Assembly: GCF_037042905.1 (NCBI RefSeq)
Contig: NC_087261.1
Coordinates: 4,340,001 to 4,404,000, forward strand
Direction: 5' to 3'
From: Lytechinus pictus
Taxonomy: Eukaryota
DNA: 64,000 bases
Position 1 is the stretch's first letter. The number at the start of each line of letters is the position of its first letter. The notes beneath the pieces are model-generated. The model saw only the letters and a program-made list of their open reading frames with translations. It was not told the origin of the DNA and ran no database searches. Below, in pieces: positions 35,588-50,500 of this stretch. The translations under genes were made by a program, and so were the position numbers.

Positions 35588-38500
35588 CACCATTGTATGG
35601 TTATCCATCACTTACCGTACATTCGACTTCTATTCCTCCTTACCCTCCTACTCCTCCTGCTCCACTTTCCTCATTCGCCTCTCTTCATAATTCTTCTCGC
35701 ATCTTGTATTGTGTCATTTTTACATGCAGAATTTATTGATAGGAGCTTGTCTTGCCATCGGTGGAAATCTTTTAATTAGCGTCTCCATGAATGTTCAGGT
35801 AACCCATCTTGAGATTATACCAAAATAATTTTAATCACTTGAAGTATTTGAACATCATGAAAACGACATCGTCCTTGAAGTTGATGTCGCAAAGCTATAG
35901 CTGCGGTATGTGGATATGGAAGTTTGAAATGGAAAAAAAAAAAGAAAAACGAGTAAATGAAGGAGGGGATGGAGAGGCACCCCTAGATTTAGGAGAGATT
36001 AAGAACATTATTGATATTAAAGAAGGGATTTTTTTTATAGAAAAGTTTAGCATCAATACCGATGTATTGGCTAAAATATCTATACATGTGTGTGCCGATT
36101 TAATATTATGTACGTTTTCGTTTTATGCTCTTGTTTTAGGGTCTTAAATTTGCATTACTTGATTAAGCCGCTTTTATATNNNNNNNNNNNNNNNNNNNNN
36201 NNNNNNNNNNNNNNNNNNNNNNNNNNNNNNNNNNNNNNNNNNNNNNNNNNNNNNNNNNNNNNNNNNNNNNNNNNNNNNNNNNNNNNNNNNNNNNNNNNNN
36301 NNNNNNNNNNNNNNNNNNNNNNNNNNNNNNNNNNNAAATGAAAAAAGGGCTGCCTCCCTAAACAAATCACCCATATAACTATCCTAAACTTCACATTGTT
36401 GTACAATTATTGAACCCCCACTCTCCTTTCTTTAGAAATATTCTTTGACGAAGATTCAACAGCGCCGGGAAGCCAGAGGAGAGGAAGTGTCAGATAACTA
36501 CGACTACTTGAAGAGTTGGCTCTGGTGGTCAGGGATATTACTCATGATAACTGGTGAAGGGGGTAACTTCTTAGCCTATGGGTTCGGACCTGCCTCGGTG
36601 GTAGCACCCCTTGGTACTACCACTGTAGTTGGTGAGTAGTGAAAAAGAAGCCCCCAAAACACACACAAAAATACACTAAAAAAGGCATTTATTTTCAAGC
36701 GAGAGTAAAATGTTTGATTTTATGACCTGAATTTGTTTATATTTCCAATCATACCCTGCTCCTTATTCCATTTACTTTTCTTTCTCATCTGTCCCCCCTC
36801 TTCTTTTCTTTTCTTTTCTCCTCTCCCGTTTCTTCGTTTTTCTCTTTTCTCCTCTTTTTTGCGCCACCATTAGGGGGCCGCGGCCACATATCCACAGGAC
36901 CTATTATCCCTTAGTCAAGAAATTGAATTTAAGGTCATTTTTTTGCTACAGCTAATATCTTTCGATTCCTCAAATATTTAGAATAGGAAAATGTTTTGTT
37001 AAAAAGTTAATCCCAAAACGTTATTCCTTGTTATATTTACCAAACATCGCCTATGTGTTACCATGTAACCATGAAGTGGATTGGAATTTGTGGGCAAATA
37101 TTACTGTTTGGTGTACATTATGATTTCCCCCTCAATTTCTATACAAAACACTGCGGACAAAACTCTTGTGGTTTTATACACAATATATATATGGTCACAC
37201 CAATAGAACTGATTTCAGAACGACCGATACTTCACAATTCAAAATAAGGTGATCGTTTCGATCTGTGTGGAGTTGGGTTCGTCGGTGTCGCTGCGGAATG
37301 AGGATATATTTTTTTTATATGCGCATTTCGGTGATTCTTTGCTATAACCTTCGGAATAATATTTGCTGGTATTAAGTTCTAATGAGAATGTAGTATTATA
37401 GTGTAACGGCGGCATCAGTGATTGATAATGGTTTTATGGTGTGCAATAGAATATTGAAGTGCTGGTATAATGCTTTATTCACATCCTTTATGCACGTTAC
37501 GAAAGCATAAAGTAAATGTATGCGGTGATGAAAATGACAATTTTACTTATCACATGTTATTAAAAAGAACAATCCAATCTTTGGGATTTTTTTAAAGAAT
37601 AATAGCTAGTCAATCATGATTCAGACCACTCGCACAACTAAAAGTCTCTCATGTAAATTTATTTCCAGAATTACTTCTCATATGGTATTATTGAAAAAAG
37701 GGTGATAATTAATGATAGTGTAAACATGTTAGATCTGGAAATGTTATTTTGCACTCGCATATCAGGTATGTGCTTTAGAATGGAAATACGCTCAACTCAC
37801 GTAAAATACATGCATCATACATACATACACACCCACACTTACACGCATCAACCCACACACCCTCAAACACCCCAAGTTTTTAGCTTGTAATATGAAAGAG
37901 AGTGGACTGTAAACTGACAAGAGAAAGGGAGAGAAGGATTAGCTATATATTCCCCCGTTATATTTCCATGGCAAATAATAACACACATAATAAGAGTGAT
38001 TATGTAAGCCATAGTTTTAACCTTTTTTAAGATTTGGTTACATAACCAAAAAGAGCATAAATCATTAGTGAAGTAACAGTTAGCATTCACGATGTTTCCA
38101 ACAAGGACACTTTTTACTATAATGAATAGAAACATTATTGTACAACATCAATTTTCGATAATCACTGTTTTGTGTCAGAGCCTTACCACTAGCGTACCTA
38201 CGGGGGGGCAGAGGGGGCAGTCTGCCCCCTCCCCCTGACGAGCTTGAAGACCTTTATTCCCCCCCCCCCCTGATGAGCTTGAAGACTTTTTTTTTTTTTT
38301 TTTTTTTTTTGGCTTGTCAAATTTTTTATGGTACGAAATCCTTCATTTGTGATTGAAGACCTTTTTTTTTTTTTTTTTGGCTTGTCAAATTTTTTGGCGG
38401 ACGGTTTTGCCCCCCCCCCCCCTGTGAAAAATCCCAGGTACGCCACTGCCTTACTGTTTCTTAATTACCTCTTGAGGTTCTGTCACACTGCAACGAAACC

Positions 38501-41500
38501 GTATCCAAACTGATGGATTGTTAGCCATTCGACGTAACGTATTATCTCTGATCGGTCAGGAGAATATTTCGCCGGTGTGATGGTATCAAAATCTTTTCCT
38601 CTAACGACTGGAATTGACTTCTTCAAAGGATTTGTTTTCAATTGATTGAGCTTGATTATGCCCCGGTGCACATTCGAGTAGGTTTATTCACAAATCAGAA
38701 TCGGCTTTTCTCTGTAGACGGCATGCTATCACATACTTTTCCGAAAACGTTAGACTATTAACATGATTATACATGCTTTATCGTCTCGGGAATCGTCCTT
38801 GTGATATAAATTATTAATAAGAAAATGTCTCGAAAACAAACTTACAGCTCGAAAAGCAAAGTATTCGAAGTGTCATTAATTCCTTTTCAATCTCCTCAAT
38901 GCAAAACCTTCAAAGGCGCTTTTCTCGGTATCCTATTATGGTACATACATACACAAATAACGTATTCATTCAGTCACATGAGGCATGTCTAGCCTATAGA
39001 TGATTTCAAAAGGCATGCAATGACAGTACTGAGTGGTTTATTTATAAAGAATTCTTTAGAAGTCTTCAAACACACCTCAGAGAATAACAATGTATGTTCA
39101 TCCACCCAGACTGGTATAAGGGCTCTGTTTCCCAGGGGTACGTTCTTATACCCCATTGGTACAGCCTTATGCCCCTGTGGTACGTCCTTGTGCCCCAGGG
39201 GTACATCATTATGCCCCATGGGTACGTCCTTATGCCCCAGGGGTACATGTACGTCCTTATATGCCCCAGGGGTATACGTCCTTGTGCCCCAGGGGTACAT
39301 CCTTATGCCCCATGGGCACGTCCTTATGCCCCAGGGGTACATGTACGTCCTTATGCCCCAGGGGTACGTCTTATGCCCCAGGGGTACATCCTTATGGCCC
39401 ATGGGTACGTCCTTATGGCCCATGGGTACGTCCTTATACCCCATGGGTACATCCTTATGCCCCAGGGGTACATCCTTATGCCCCATGGGTTCGTCCTTAT
39501 GCCCCAGGGGTACATGTACGTCCTTATGCCCCAGGGGTACGTCTTATGCCCCAGGGGTACGTCCTTATGGCCCATGGGTACATCCTTATGCCCCAGGGGT
39601 ACATCCTTATGGCCCATGGGTACGTCCTTATACCCCATGGGTACATCCTTATGCCCATATGGGTACCTATATAAACACTCAGTAAAAAAAAAAATCAACA
39701 TTTGAAAGGTTGGAGGAGTGACAACCTTTTCTAAATGTTGCATTTACCACTTAAATTATTGGATTCAGTTTTATGCGAGGATGGATATATGTGGAAAAGG
39801 TTGTCTTTCCTCAATCCTTTCAAATGTTTGATTTAACATTTCGTTTTTAGAGTGGTTGCCCCAAGGGTACGTCCCCATGTCCCTAGATTACCCTCCTCAC
39901 CCACAATTGGGGTACGTTGCTGTGTCCCTGTCAAATATTCCCAATGAATGATACGGTCATATACTCATATCGCTGTATAACTATGTTCGCCAGACGATGA
40001 TGTAAATCGCTGCCGTTGAGAAACGCCTATTTATAGAAATACCATTAGACAGCAGAAAATCAACTAAATGAAAAATTGTATTTTGCATGTGTACGCCATA
40101 TAAGTCGAATAAGGCACACATTTTGTTTCTCAGATTTTTAGAAAATCACTCACTGATCTTAAATGATTGTCTGGGTTCATAAGAAAACTGTGAACATTCA
40201 CACTAGGGGAAAAATTATAAAATGTCTTCATGTTATTTATGGTTTTTTTCTTTATTACGTTCTTATATTCTTATTATGTTGTTCTTATATTCTTGTTATG
40301 TTTATGTATTTGGCAGCTAATGCATACATCTCAAGATGTCTTGGAGAGAGACTACGATTTCAAGATATTTTAGGTAAGGTTCAGTACCGATATAATTATA
40401 AAATTAATATTATATGTGATTTTGACTTGTTCTATTTCCCAAATGTCTGTATTGTGAACATGCTTTATTTAAAATAAAGTGTGTGTGTTTAGAGGGGTTT
40501 TTTACACACGTGTATCAATCAGATATGATTATTTACTTCTGGGACTGATCTGTAACGTCACCATCCGAAAGACGTGACCGGGGCTCGAACCTTGAACCTC
40601 TACATCTGCTCTTAATAATTTGGATTACAGAAGCACGTATACGTCAAAACGCCCAGTGTCGACCGCGCAGAAATGTTGTTAGCCTAACAGAGCGCTAACA
40701 GTATCAAAGCCCAGTCACATCTTTCAGATTGTGAAGTCAATACATTTGTTTCAATGTGTAAGTAGTGCATTGTTGTAACATTGGGCATCGCTGCCAAATT
40801 ACCTGTTGTTACAGGGCCTCTGTTAGCAGTTAGCGCATTATTAGCGCTAACAACGTTTCTGTGCGGTCAGTACAGATTGAAAACCATAATTCTTTGCCCA
40901 CCATGCAACAGTAAAGATATGAAACAGCTTTTTATATTCTGCATAATGAAGATCACGTATTACTATTGTTGACATGCTGATATTGAAAACTAATAAATTT
41001 GGAAGATTTCAGAATATGAACGACAATGATCTTATTCAAATCGAACTTATAAAAATTAATTAGGGTCAAGATTATTAATTACCATCTATGTTTCAAAGTA
41101 TATTTTCATAAAATAATTATAGTGTGTATGATAAGAACGACGCAACTAATTAATGTCATTTTTAGGAGAGTGACTTGATTGATTGAATTTATTTTTTTCT
41201 TCATTTCAAACAAATTGACAAAGTAAGTAGGAACAAACTTTACCGAACGTAACACGACAAACACGTCCCAAGACTTTTTTTCTAAAGCAAATGAATTACA
41301 AACTTTTATCTCGTACAATTGACTGTCAAAATTTCAATAATAATTATTGTTGAATGCGGAGCAATCAATTAGTTCCTCAATAAACACGATGTTTGTCACC
41401 AAGGCTACGTTGAATAGAAGACAAGATATTTTGCAGTTTGTCAGTTTCCTTCCGGTCAAAAAGATAACAAAGATATGAATGTTGAGAACAACAAAGGCCC

Positions 41501-44500
41501 CGTTCCATAAAGGCTTGTCATATTAACAAGTGGACAATTATCATAAGATGTTTACTATCAACCAATCAAATTGAATTATTTCAGTAGCTTTAAACTGTTA
41601 TTGCAAATGTGTAATTATACAAGTTTTACGGAATGGGTCCCTGATAAAACATTATATTGGGGAAAGAGATGTTGCATTGGTAATATATTTCATATTTATC
41701 GTGTTTATTGTGACATCGTGTACATAATTTTGATTGGGTCCCGGGAGATTTAATGCCCTGGAAGTATACATAATATACCTGCTTCGATTGGAGTTAGCTA
41801 TATCATGATTGTTATTTATTTCAACAGTATCGAAGGATGGTCAATTTAAAGATTATTGGTTTCAAATTGGTTCCTTTAAATAGAATACGCTAAGGGGAGA
41901 ATATCTTGGAATCTGTGAAAGAAGGGGCCGAACAGATTCCCTGAAAATAAAAAGTTCTCACTCCCGTAAAGAATCCAGCCGGCAAAAAAAAAAAAAAAAA
42001 AGTGATTACTTCAAAATGGCTAGGCACTCTGAATCAAACGCACTATACATTATAGGCAACACCAATATTTGGCAGGGGTACTTACCAGTGGCGTACCTAG
42101 GATTTTCCACAGGGGGGGGGGGCAAAATCGTCCGCCCAAAAAATTGACAAGCAAAAAAAAAAAAGGTCTTCAATCAAAAATAAAGGTTATTGCACCAAAA
42201 AAAAAAAGTCTTCAAGCTCGTCAGGGGGGCATAAAAGGTCTTTCAAGCTCGTCAGGGGGGTCAGTGATATGTATTTTGTATGGGTTGTGGCTCGTCAGGG
42301 GGGGCAGAGTGCCCCCCCCCCGTAGGTACGCTAGTGGTACTTACCCCCACCCCGCCCCTGGATTCTGCACATGCCCCTTTCTTTTGTATTATGGTAACTT
42401 TGACAGCTATAGTATGAATGAGCGAGGGATCACACACCCATATAATGTTCGTAGGCAACATTAGTGAATCATTCATATTCATGTTCCAAAGCAACTTTAA
42501 AGGAACTCTCCGGGTTGAAAATAATCATACATAAGTGAATACATGAATATAGTAATTTCACCAATAAAAAAGCTGAAAATGTCATCAAAATCTTTAACAA
42601 ATAATGAAGTTATTAACCCTTACATTTTGCAATATTTTGTGAAAACATTTACATGCATACCGTCATATGCAATTGGTGAGCTGATAATTGTCCCATATTT
42701 TCATTCATTGTATATAATTGTGATACGTCTCCATCATATATCAAAATAAATTGCAGCAATGATCAACTTACACATTAAATCAATAGTCAATCCATTTTCT
42801 TTATTCTTGGGGGACAAAATTTGAATAAAAATGATCTCATATGATTTTATATAATAAAAAAAGAGTAATATACAAGGAATATTATTAGTTTAAAGGAGAG
42901 CGGAGGAAAACCATGATAACACAAATGAAACAAAGAGTGAATTCATGAAGTAATTGGTCCCTGTAAGCTATCTTGAGTCACATCCTTTATTGTCATATTA
43001 ATAACATTGTGATTATGTTGAGATTTGAAAAAAAATTAGGAGCTTATCTGGTAATCCAATAATCCCTTACCAGATCCCTTATCAGATATCCACTTGCTAA
43101 TGTCATGCGATATTGCGAAGTTCTAAAATATGAGTGAGACGATTTAGAAATACTAACCCATAATATTTGTCATGATGATTAATGCAATTGACAGGAATTG
43201 CTGTTTAATCAAACTCCTGCTGACTTTTTCCATCGACCATCATTTTTTGCATAATGATCTTGTAACATTTGAATTATTTAGCTTACCAAAACGATGACAT
43301 TAATTAAAGATAAATCTTATTGATAGAAAACAATTTTAATCTGATTTTAGATTTGTTCCTTAAACAATCTGCGTAGAATGATTTTGATTAGAAAAATCAG
43401 TGGCGTAAGTAGGAATTTTTTAAGGGGGGTTCACGCTGAATGAAATGTTGACACCCCCCTCCCAAAAAAAGTGTCTTCACCACAAATTTTACGTCGTTTC
43501 GTAGGTCTAAAAAAAGTAGGCCTTCGAAAAAATTTAAGGGGGATTTGAACCCCTGTAACCCCCCCCCCCCCCCCTGCGTACGCCATTGAGAAGAATATTA
43601 TCCGGCTGTAAATGGGCTTCTACCTGTTACACTTATGCTGTCTCCAAACAAATGCAAAGCCTGTAATATATCGTACATGCATGAAATAGCTAATCTCTTT
43701 TCTGATTTCAAGCGGAACTGAAATGAATAGTCAATGTTAAGACAAAATTATGCGCAGTTTCACGGTATTCGATGTCATTGTATTGTTGACTTATGACAAG
43801 AGTGTCTATTTATCTATGAATAATTCCTTTAATACAAATCAAAATAGAATGTTGATTAAATTACATGGTGTCTCGCTACCATTAATGATAGTCTCATGTT
43901 TATGCTTCTCTCCCCGGGGGGGGGGGGCGGGGGTGGCTCTATCTGCATACATGGCCCTATATACGCAGCGGGGAGGGGCTCTTGCACTCCCAGAAATTTG
44001 CCTAACCTCAAAATTTTCACAACATTCCAAACTCTGCGCTACATTGTTCAATTTCAATTAAAAATTGAAAAAGGACCTCGAAAATCATCTCTGTCTCTTT
44101 GCACCCTTTCATAATATTCAATTTTTTAAAGGCTTTCCTATTCATAACCACACGGAACAGAATCCTACACGTATTAATCATATCTGCAAATACATAAATA
44201 AAGTATCAGTCTCTCTATTTTTATTTTTATCAAATGCAGGCACGGTCATTATTGTCGTCGGTGCGTGTATGATTATAATATTCTCAACTCAGGTAAGAGT
44301 CAATAATGGAAAATAAATTTTGTGCATAGAAGGAAAGAGGATCATTTCTCTGTTACCATATAGACATATCTATAACTTATAAGTATCATCATTTTGTTGC
44401 TTCTCGTTCAACTGTAGAAAACTGTAATATCAAAGAAAATAAATAATGGAAGTAAAAGAACGCAAAATATAAATTTGACAGCGCTCATGCATTAGCAGTA

Positions 44501-47500
44501 AACAACGCAAGAAGACTTATTATTTTTCTGTCGATATTATGACGCCAGTTTTAGGACTGTCTTTTTAGATATGAAAATTGACAAACTTCTAGCACACTCT
44601 CTTGCCTTCTTAAAAGCGTTTGAAGAGAAACAAATATATTTTTTGTTGCCCAGCCGCTCAATACTGTACTGTAATTCGCTTCACTTCCATTCTGAACATA
44701 CGGCAGAGTAGTCTGTTAGCCGACTTGGCTGAGTATAGGCTCCTGATTAAAATAAATGAATATGCTATAAGAGACATCTGTTTCCTGTTATTTTATTTCA
44801 AGAATGTATTAAATCGTTATTGTGAAATTTAAAGGATGGCACAAAACAGATTATGATTTTTGCTTTAGACTAAAGTGATACTGTGGTCTGCGGTCATACT
44901 CCAAGTTGGTATAAAATGAATAAATTGCTAGTTTCGTCTTCGATTTTCAATAGAATGTTTATTATTTTAAGAGAAGAAAAGGGGGAAAAACAAAGCTGTC
45001 TATCAAAACCGGATATCCGAGAAAACGGATAGCAACATATTTCTAGGAGATCTAAATTCAGAAAAAGTTGCTCGCCCCACATAAGATGGGACATCATATA
45101 TATATATACCAAATGGTATTCTTTATATACAACTTTGGTCCTAACAGAGTTATGTGTCCCCCCCCCCCCCCCCCTCTGTATGCGTGTCCCCTATCCCTTC
45201 ACAATCTGCTCCTGTTTATAACTATTTATTATGAACATAAAATGAAAATTCATATTTTCTCTTTTTCCTCTTTTTCTTCTTCAGAACGAAGAGGAAATGA
45301 CATCACATTTGATAATTTTTAGACTAACATCGTGGCCATTCCTCGTGTTCTTTGTGAGTTTTGAAATCTTATTTTCTTATTTTTTTTAAGTTAGAGAGCA
45401 TGTGGTTAGAAGTATAGCCTATAGAAGAGGAGAAACATCTAGATCATAAACTGGTCTTGTAAAACGCCTCCTCGCGGCAAAGAAACTAAAGGCGCATTAT
45501 TGGAAGGGATGTCACAAATTCCTTCACTGCAGTACTAAATTATGCCCTATTCATTTAGGCTATTATCGTGTTAATACGATTGTGGTAAATAATTTTCTCT
45601 TGAAGTTGCTGTGCTATGTCTCGTATATTGAATAAACATGAATATTTTTTTCTTCCTGGGTTGACATGACAGACGCCCATCCAAAATGATGCATCATCCC
45701 ACTCCCCAATTACTGGTCGTAAAAATAATTCGTTCCCTTTAAGAAGAAGTAGTATGGTAGCAGAAGTAGTAGTGGTGTTGACGGTGGTGGTTGTAGTAGT
45801 AGTATTGGTANNNNNNNNNNNNNNNNNNNNNNNNNNNNNNNNNNNNNNNNNNNNNNNNNNNNNNNNNNNNNNNNNNNNNNNNNNNNNNNNNNNNNNNNNN
45901 NNNNNNNNNNNNNNNNNNNNNNNNNNNNNNNNNNNNNNNNNNNNNNNNNNNNNNNNNNNNNNNNNNNNNNNNNNNNNNNGTAGTAGTAGTTCCTGAGTAT
46001 GTCATCTTTAAAATTTAATTTCGATATCAAATAGGTCAAAATTTTGCTCGCTCGCTCCGCTCACTCGCGACTATTCAAAATTAAATTCACCTCATTATGT
46101 CAGGTCCCTTTACATTTTTACCGCTCTTAAAGGAGGCTGAGAAAGGGGAAATTGAAGGGAAGGGACGAAAATAGAAATGAAAGAGAAGAAGAAAAGAAAA
46201 GAATCAATATTTCTGAAGTTAATTGTTATCACTTTTCATTTTATTGCAATCATTATTTTTCTTTCATCATGTATACAGGGAGTGGAGGTAGCATTGTTTC
46301 TTCTTTTACTCTACTTAAAGCTTGTCAAAAAATATCAACACCTTCTTTTACTGCTCATGCCAGCTGCAATATTGAGTAAGTTTTATCACATTTCAGTTCT
46401 TTTTTTTTTATTTTACTGTAATTCAAGCACTTGGTAATGAAATAGTATCGAACAGTGTTTTGAGAAAAACAAGATCATTTTCCTCTTTGGGTTTATAAAT
46501 GATTTACTATTCATAGGTATGATGAGACGGTTATTTTTTGTGAGGGTACTGGTCTGCAAAATATTGCACTACTGATTTCTGGGGGAAAATAATCCGTTTC
46601 CCCGGTTCTGTCGTCGACGAAATGCAAAATTATACGATTTCATATTCAAATTTATTATGTGCGAGAAAATTATTTTCAAAAGAGTGAGCGTGGGGTATGT
46701 GTGTTTATGTGAGAGGGGGTGGGGCTGGGACGCTATCCGCCACAAAACTGCAGTACGCAATGCAGTGGCAAAGATTGCACTCTTACTTTAGAACAAATTG
46801 TTAAAATCATTATATTGACTAAACTACAAGGGCGGATATCTCTCCCCAAAGGAAGGGGGACCAGGGGCTGGAAAATTTGACAAGCAAAAAAAAAAAAAAA
46901 AAAAAAAAAGTAATCACCCAAAAAGTAAGGTCATTTTGACCAAAATACATGTTTTATTTCGGTTTTGAATGATGTATTTCTTTCCATCATAAAAGACCAA
47001 AAATAGTAGGGGGACATTTTGGTATTGTGTCCCCCTCCCCCTACTATTTTGGGAAGGGGGGTTTCGCCCATGCTAAACTAGATAATTTTCGGACCCTATC
47101 ATGCCTATGCTGTCTGGGAGTCAAAAGTATAATGTTAAAAAAATGTTTCACATATTGATAGTCGATCCAAATTCACCAATGTTATCTTATTGTATTTGTT
47201 CTGTTTGTTTCATAAATTCAAGACCTTATATATACCATTTGCTTCTTCAATTGCTCTTCAATTTCCAGGTTCACTGACAGTGCTTGGTGCCAAAGCATGT
47301 TCCAGTCTAATCAGGCTGGCGGTAAGAGGTGACATGTCACAAGTCAAAACTCCTATATTTTTCATCATGATCGTCGTGGTTTTCGTTACAGGGATGTTTC
47401 AAATAAGGTATGTATTGATGGTACCTCTCATTGTACATCATTATCAACTCTCAACTTTCTAGAGAAATAGTTTATGTGTTTTATTTTTATAATGTGATCG

Positions 47501-50500
47501 GGGTGGCACGGGTGTATTTTGATAGACGAGTAAGATTGTGACGTATAGGGGTAATGTAGAGTGACTTGACCCAGGCATTTCTTTTCTGCGTTATTCGTTG
47601 TTTCTTCATTCTCGTCATTTGTCTAATTCCTATAGGCATGCATGGCCCTTTGGGGTGCTGCGTGTATTATGATCCGTAGGCAGCGCCCCCAGGTATTCTG
47701 GAAGATTCTCATTTTCTAGTGAAACCCTTTTTTTTTTTTTTGCTTTTCATATTCCTCGGCACCAATGTGATCTCCATTTTGTAGTGAAAACCCTTTTTTT
47801 GGCTTTTCAAATTTACATCATAACATCAGCACCCCAGTCAAAAAAATCGTTCCCAGAACCCTTCCCTAACAATGGGCGTATATTGTACATCACTTTTCTC
47901 TAACTTTAAAACGTCTTCATTGTGTGTCCATCATAATTATGCCCCCCCCCCCTCCCCTCTCCCACAGGGAGCGCATGAAGATGCGATTGCGCGAATCTGC
48001 AACCACACCGTAAAAAGTTACTGTGTATAGAGAAAAACGAAAAAAAAATCTGGTTCCTGTTGCATATAAAATGTACTATTACGGTAACTTTTCTATTTAG
48101 CAGTTACTTCAGTGAAATCCTTTGTTATGGGAGGCTGTTGAGCATTAATGGTTACCATGGAAGTTACCATTGGACAGTGGATTTACCATACTTTTATGCA
48201 ACCGGGTCCTGATCTGGCAATAGACATTCACCTTATATTTCACTTTTGAATAAATCGTCCCCTCCTTTTCTTTCCATTTCTCGTTTCTTAATCAGATACG
48301 TCACGAGGGCAATGCAAGAACATGATGCTTCTGTTGTTGTTCCTGTTTATTTTGTATTCTTTACACTCGGTGCAATATTAGTCGGTAAGTTGAACTAGGA
48401 TTTTCCCCCTTTTAATTTGCCTTCTTAAAATGTTGATGAATGTTTCATAGAGACTGCTGAAGAGACTGAAATTTTACTTGAACATATCCATCACCCCCTC
48501 CTCTATTCTTCCAGTGTCGTGGTGATCTTGAATCCCCAGCCCCCCCCCCCCAAAAAAAAAAAAAAATAATAATAATAATAATAATAAATATAAAAAAATG
48601 AGCCGTGATGTTTTCCTCTATTTCTTAAAATTTGCGTGTGGACAAAGTAAATGAACATAAATAATCACATAAAATTTTCGAAAATTATTCTTTAGCAATT
48701 CTTTAATAGGCGTATATTTTGTTGTCAATTTTATTTCAATTATCCTTCTTGTAAGAAAAAGGGGCTACCCATTTTGTGAAGATAGATATTTACATGAATT
48801 TATATGAATTATTTAGGGGTTGGTGGTCTGTCTTCCCAACATGCCCCTCCCCCAAACTAAATTAATGAATTCATGAATAAAACTGACATTTTTTATCTAT
48901 GATACAATGTAATATATAATGTATCTTTTTGTTATCCATCTCTAAAAAGTATTAACAAAACAAAACCCAACCCTTTTCTCCTTTCTTCAGGTGTGTTTTT
49001 CTATGGCGAATTCCATGGCCTAACAATTATCAGGATATTCATGTTTGTATTTGGGTAAGTGGGACCTATCTGTTACACCTGTTAACTAAAAAGAACTCAT
49101 ATTATTCATAATTATGAAGAATTGTTTAGTTGTTAAAAGGAAATTCTTGATATTCAGAAATGAGAAGGGGAAACGGCTAGACATGCATACATTGCGTATA
49201 TACGTCGTCATAAGGCAAGAAATAAAATTGTATATATAAATTATGCTTAAACTCCGGTAATCAATTTTAGGCTCATTGATAATAAATTGTCAATTATGAT
49301 TGATTGTCAAACAAAAGGAAATTAAGAAGAAGCAGCTGGCTAAAGCGCTCTCGTGTTTACAACCCTGTTGAGTTTGAGAATGAGTACATTAAACATATCC
49401 AGTATTCAGAGCCACGAATCTTCAGTTCTTGAGTTACTTTTCAGATTCTTCATGTAGTTTTATTTGCATATCATCGACCTATCCGCTAATTATTCATGTT
49501 ATCACAATTCGTCAGTGAGGTGTATTCTGACTGTCCAGTTAAAGTAATGGTAATTACGTTATCAAATAAGTGTATATCAATGATAACAAAATATTTCAAC
49601 CTCAAACTTTATTTTCTTTTCTCTATAGGTGTATTTGTTCATTTATAGGTGTATATATGATAACACATGGCAGACACGCCAATCACAATAGTGATGATGA
49701 TAAAAAAGAAGATGATGTAGTTACGGAAGCAAGGGATGAAGATGATGATTGTAAGTGGTGTAAATCAATTAATTTTGTTTCAATATAAGACTGTTGAATC
49801 ATGAAAATTGATCAAACTTACAAGAACAAACCTATAGTAAGTTTTCTTATTTCCTCGCTAATAGGCGCTTCGATTAATATGATATAATACAATAAGCAAT
49901 GAGAAAAATAATTAAAGCACTACATAAAATAATGTTGCATATTAATATATAATTTTCTTAATAGAAGTATGAAATGAATTTGAAAAGTGATTTATCGTAA
50001 CAAAAAAATAGACATTATTTTCTTTGTTCACTGTCTTGACAGTAAAAAAAAAAACATTGTTTTAGCCTGTCACTCTAACAACAAGTTGTTTAATTTTTTT
50101 GTAATTGTTAAAACTTTTTAAACAACTTGTTTAAAAAGTTTGTTTTAAAAGTTTAAACAATAGTTGTTAGAGTGATGGGCTTAATCAACATGCTTAACAT
50201 TTTAAACAGCGTTTTTACAGAGTAATGTTGTCCCGATTCTATAGTATCTAAAGACGATACTAAAAAGAAACAAACAACTACTCAGTTTATTGATTGCAAC
50301 AAAATTTTATTTATTTTTCTGCAGCTCCCTTACTGCCTCCTCCAACGAGTCTTCATCTTGTCCAGCCCCCTCGGGAAGACCTTGAAGATTCTACTATTAG
50401 TATGTCATCATCAGACAGCGGTGAACGAAGATATATTGAAATGGATGATATGTCTTCAACTTTGAGAGATAGCCCGAAATGGCCGGTAGGTTTATTACCA

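Noticed and set aside
35256-35779. His/Ile/Ser-rich ORFs
   Set aside because: Translations of a (CAT)n microsatellite in NIPA intron 1; only 35730-35798 is exonic.
39131-39666. CRISPR-like array or repetitive protein gene (ORFs of 130-221 aa)
   Set aside because: Units are contiguous with no unique spacers and there are no cas genes. The context is a eukaryotic intron, and the ORFs arise from a stop-poor 21-bp unit with frameshifting indels.
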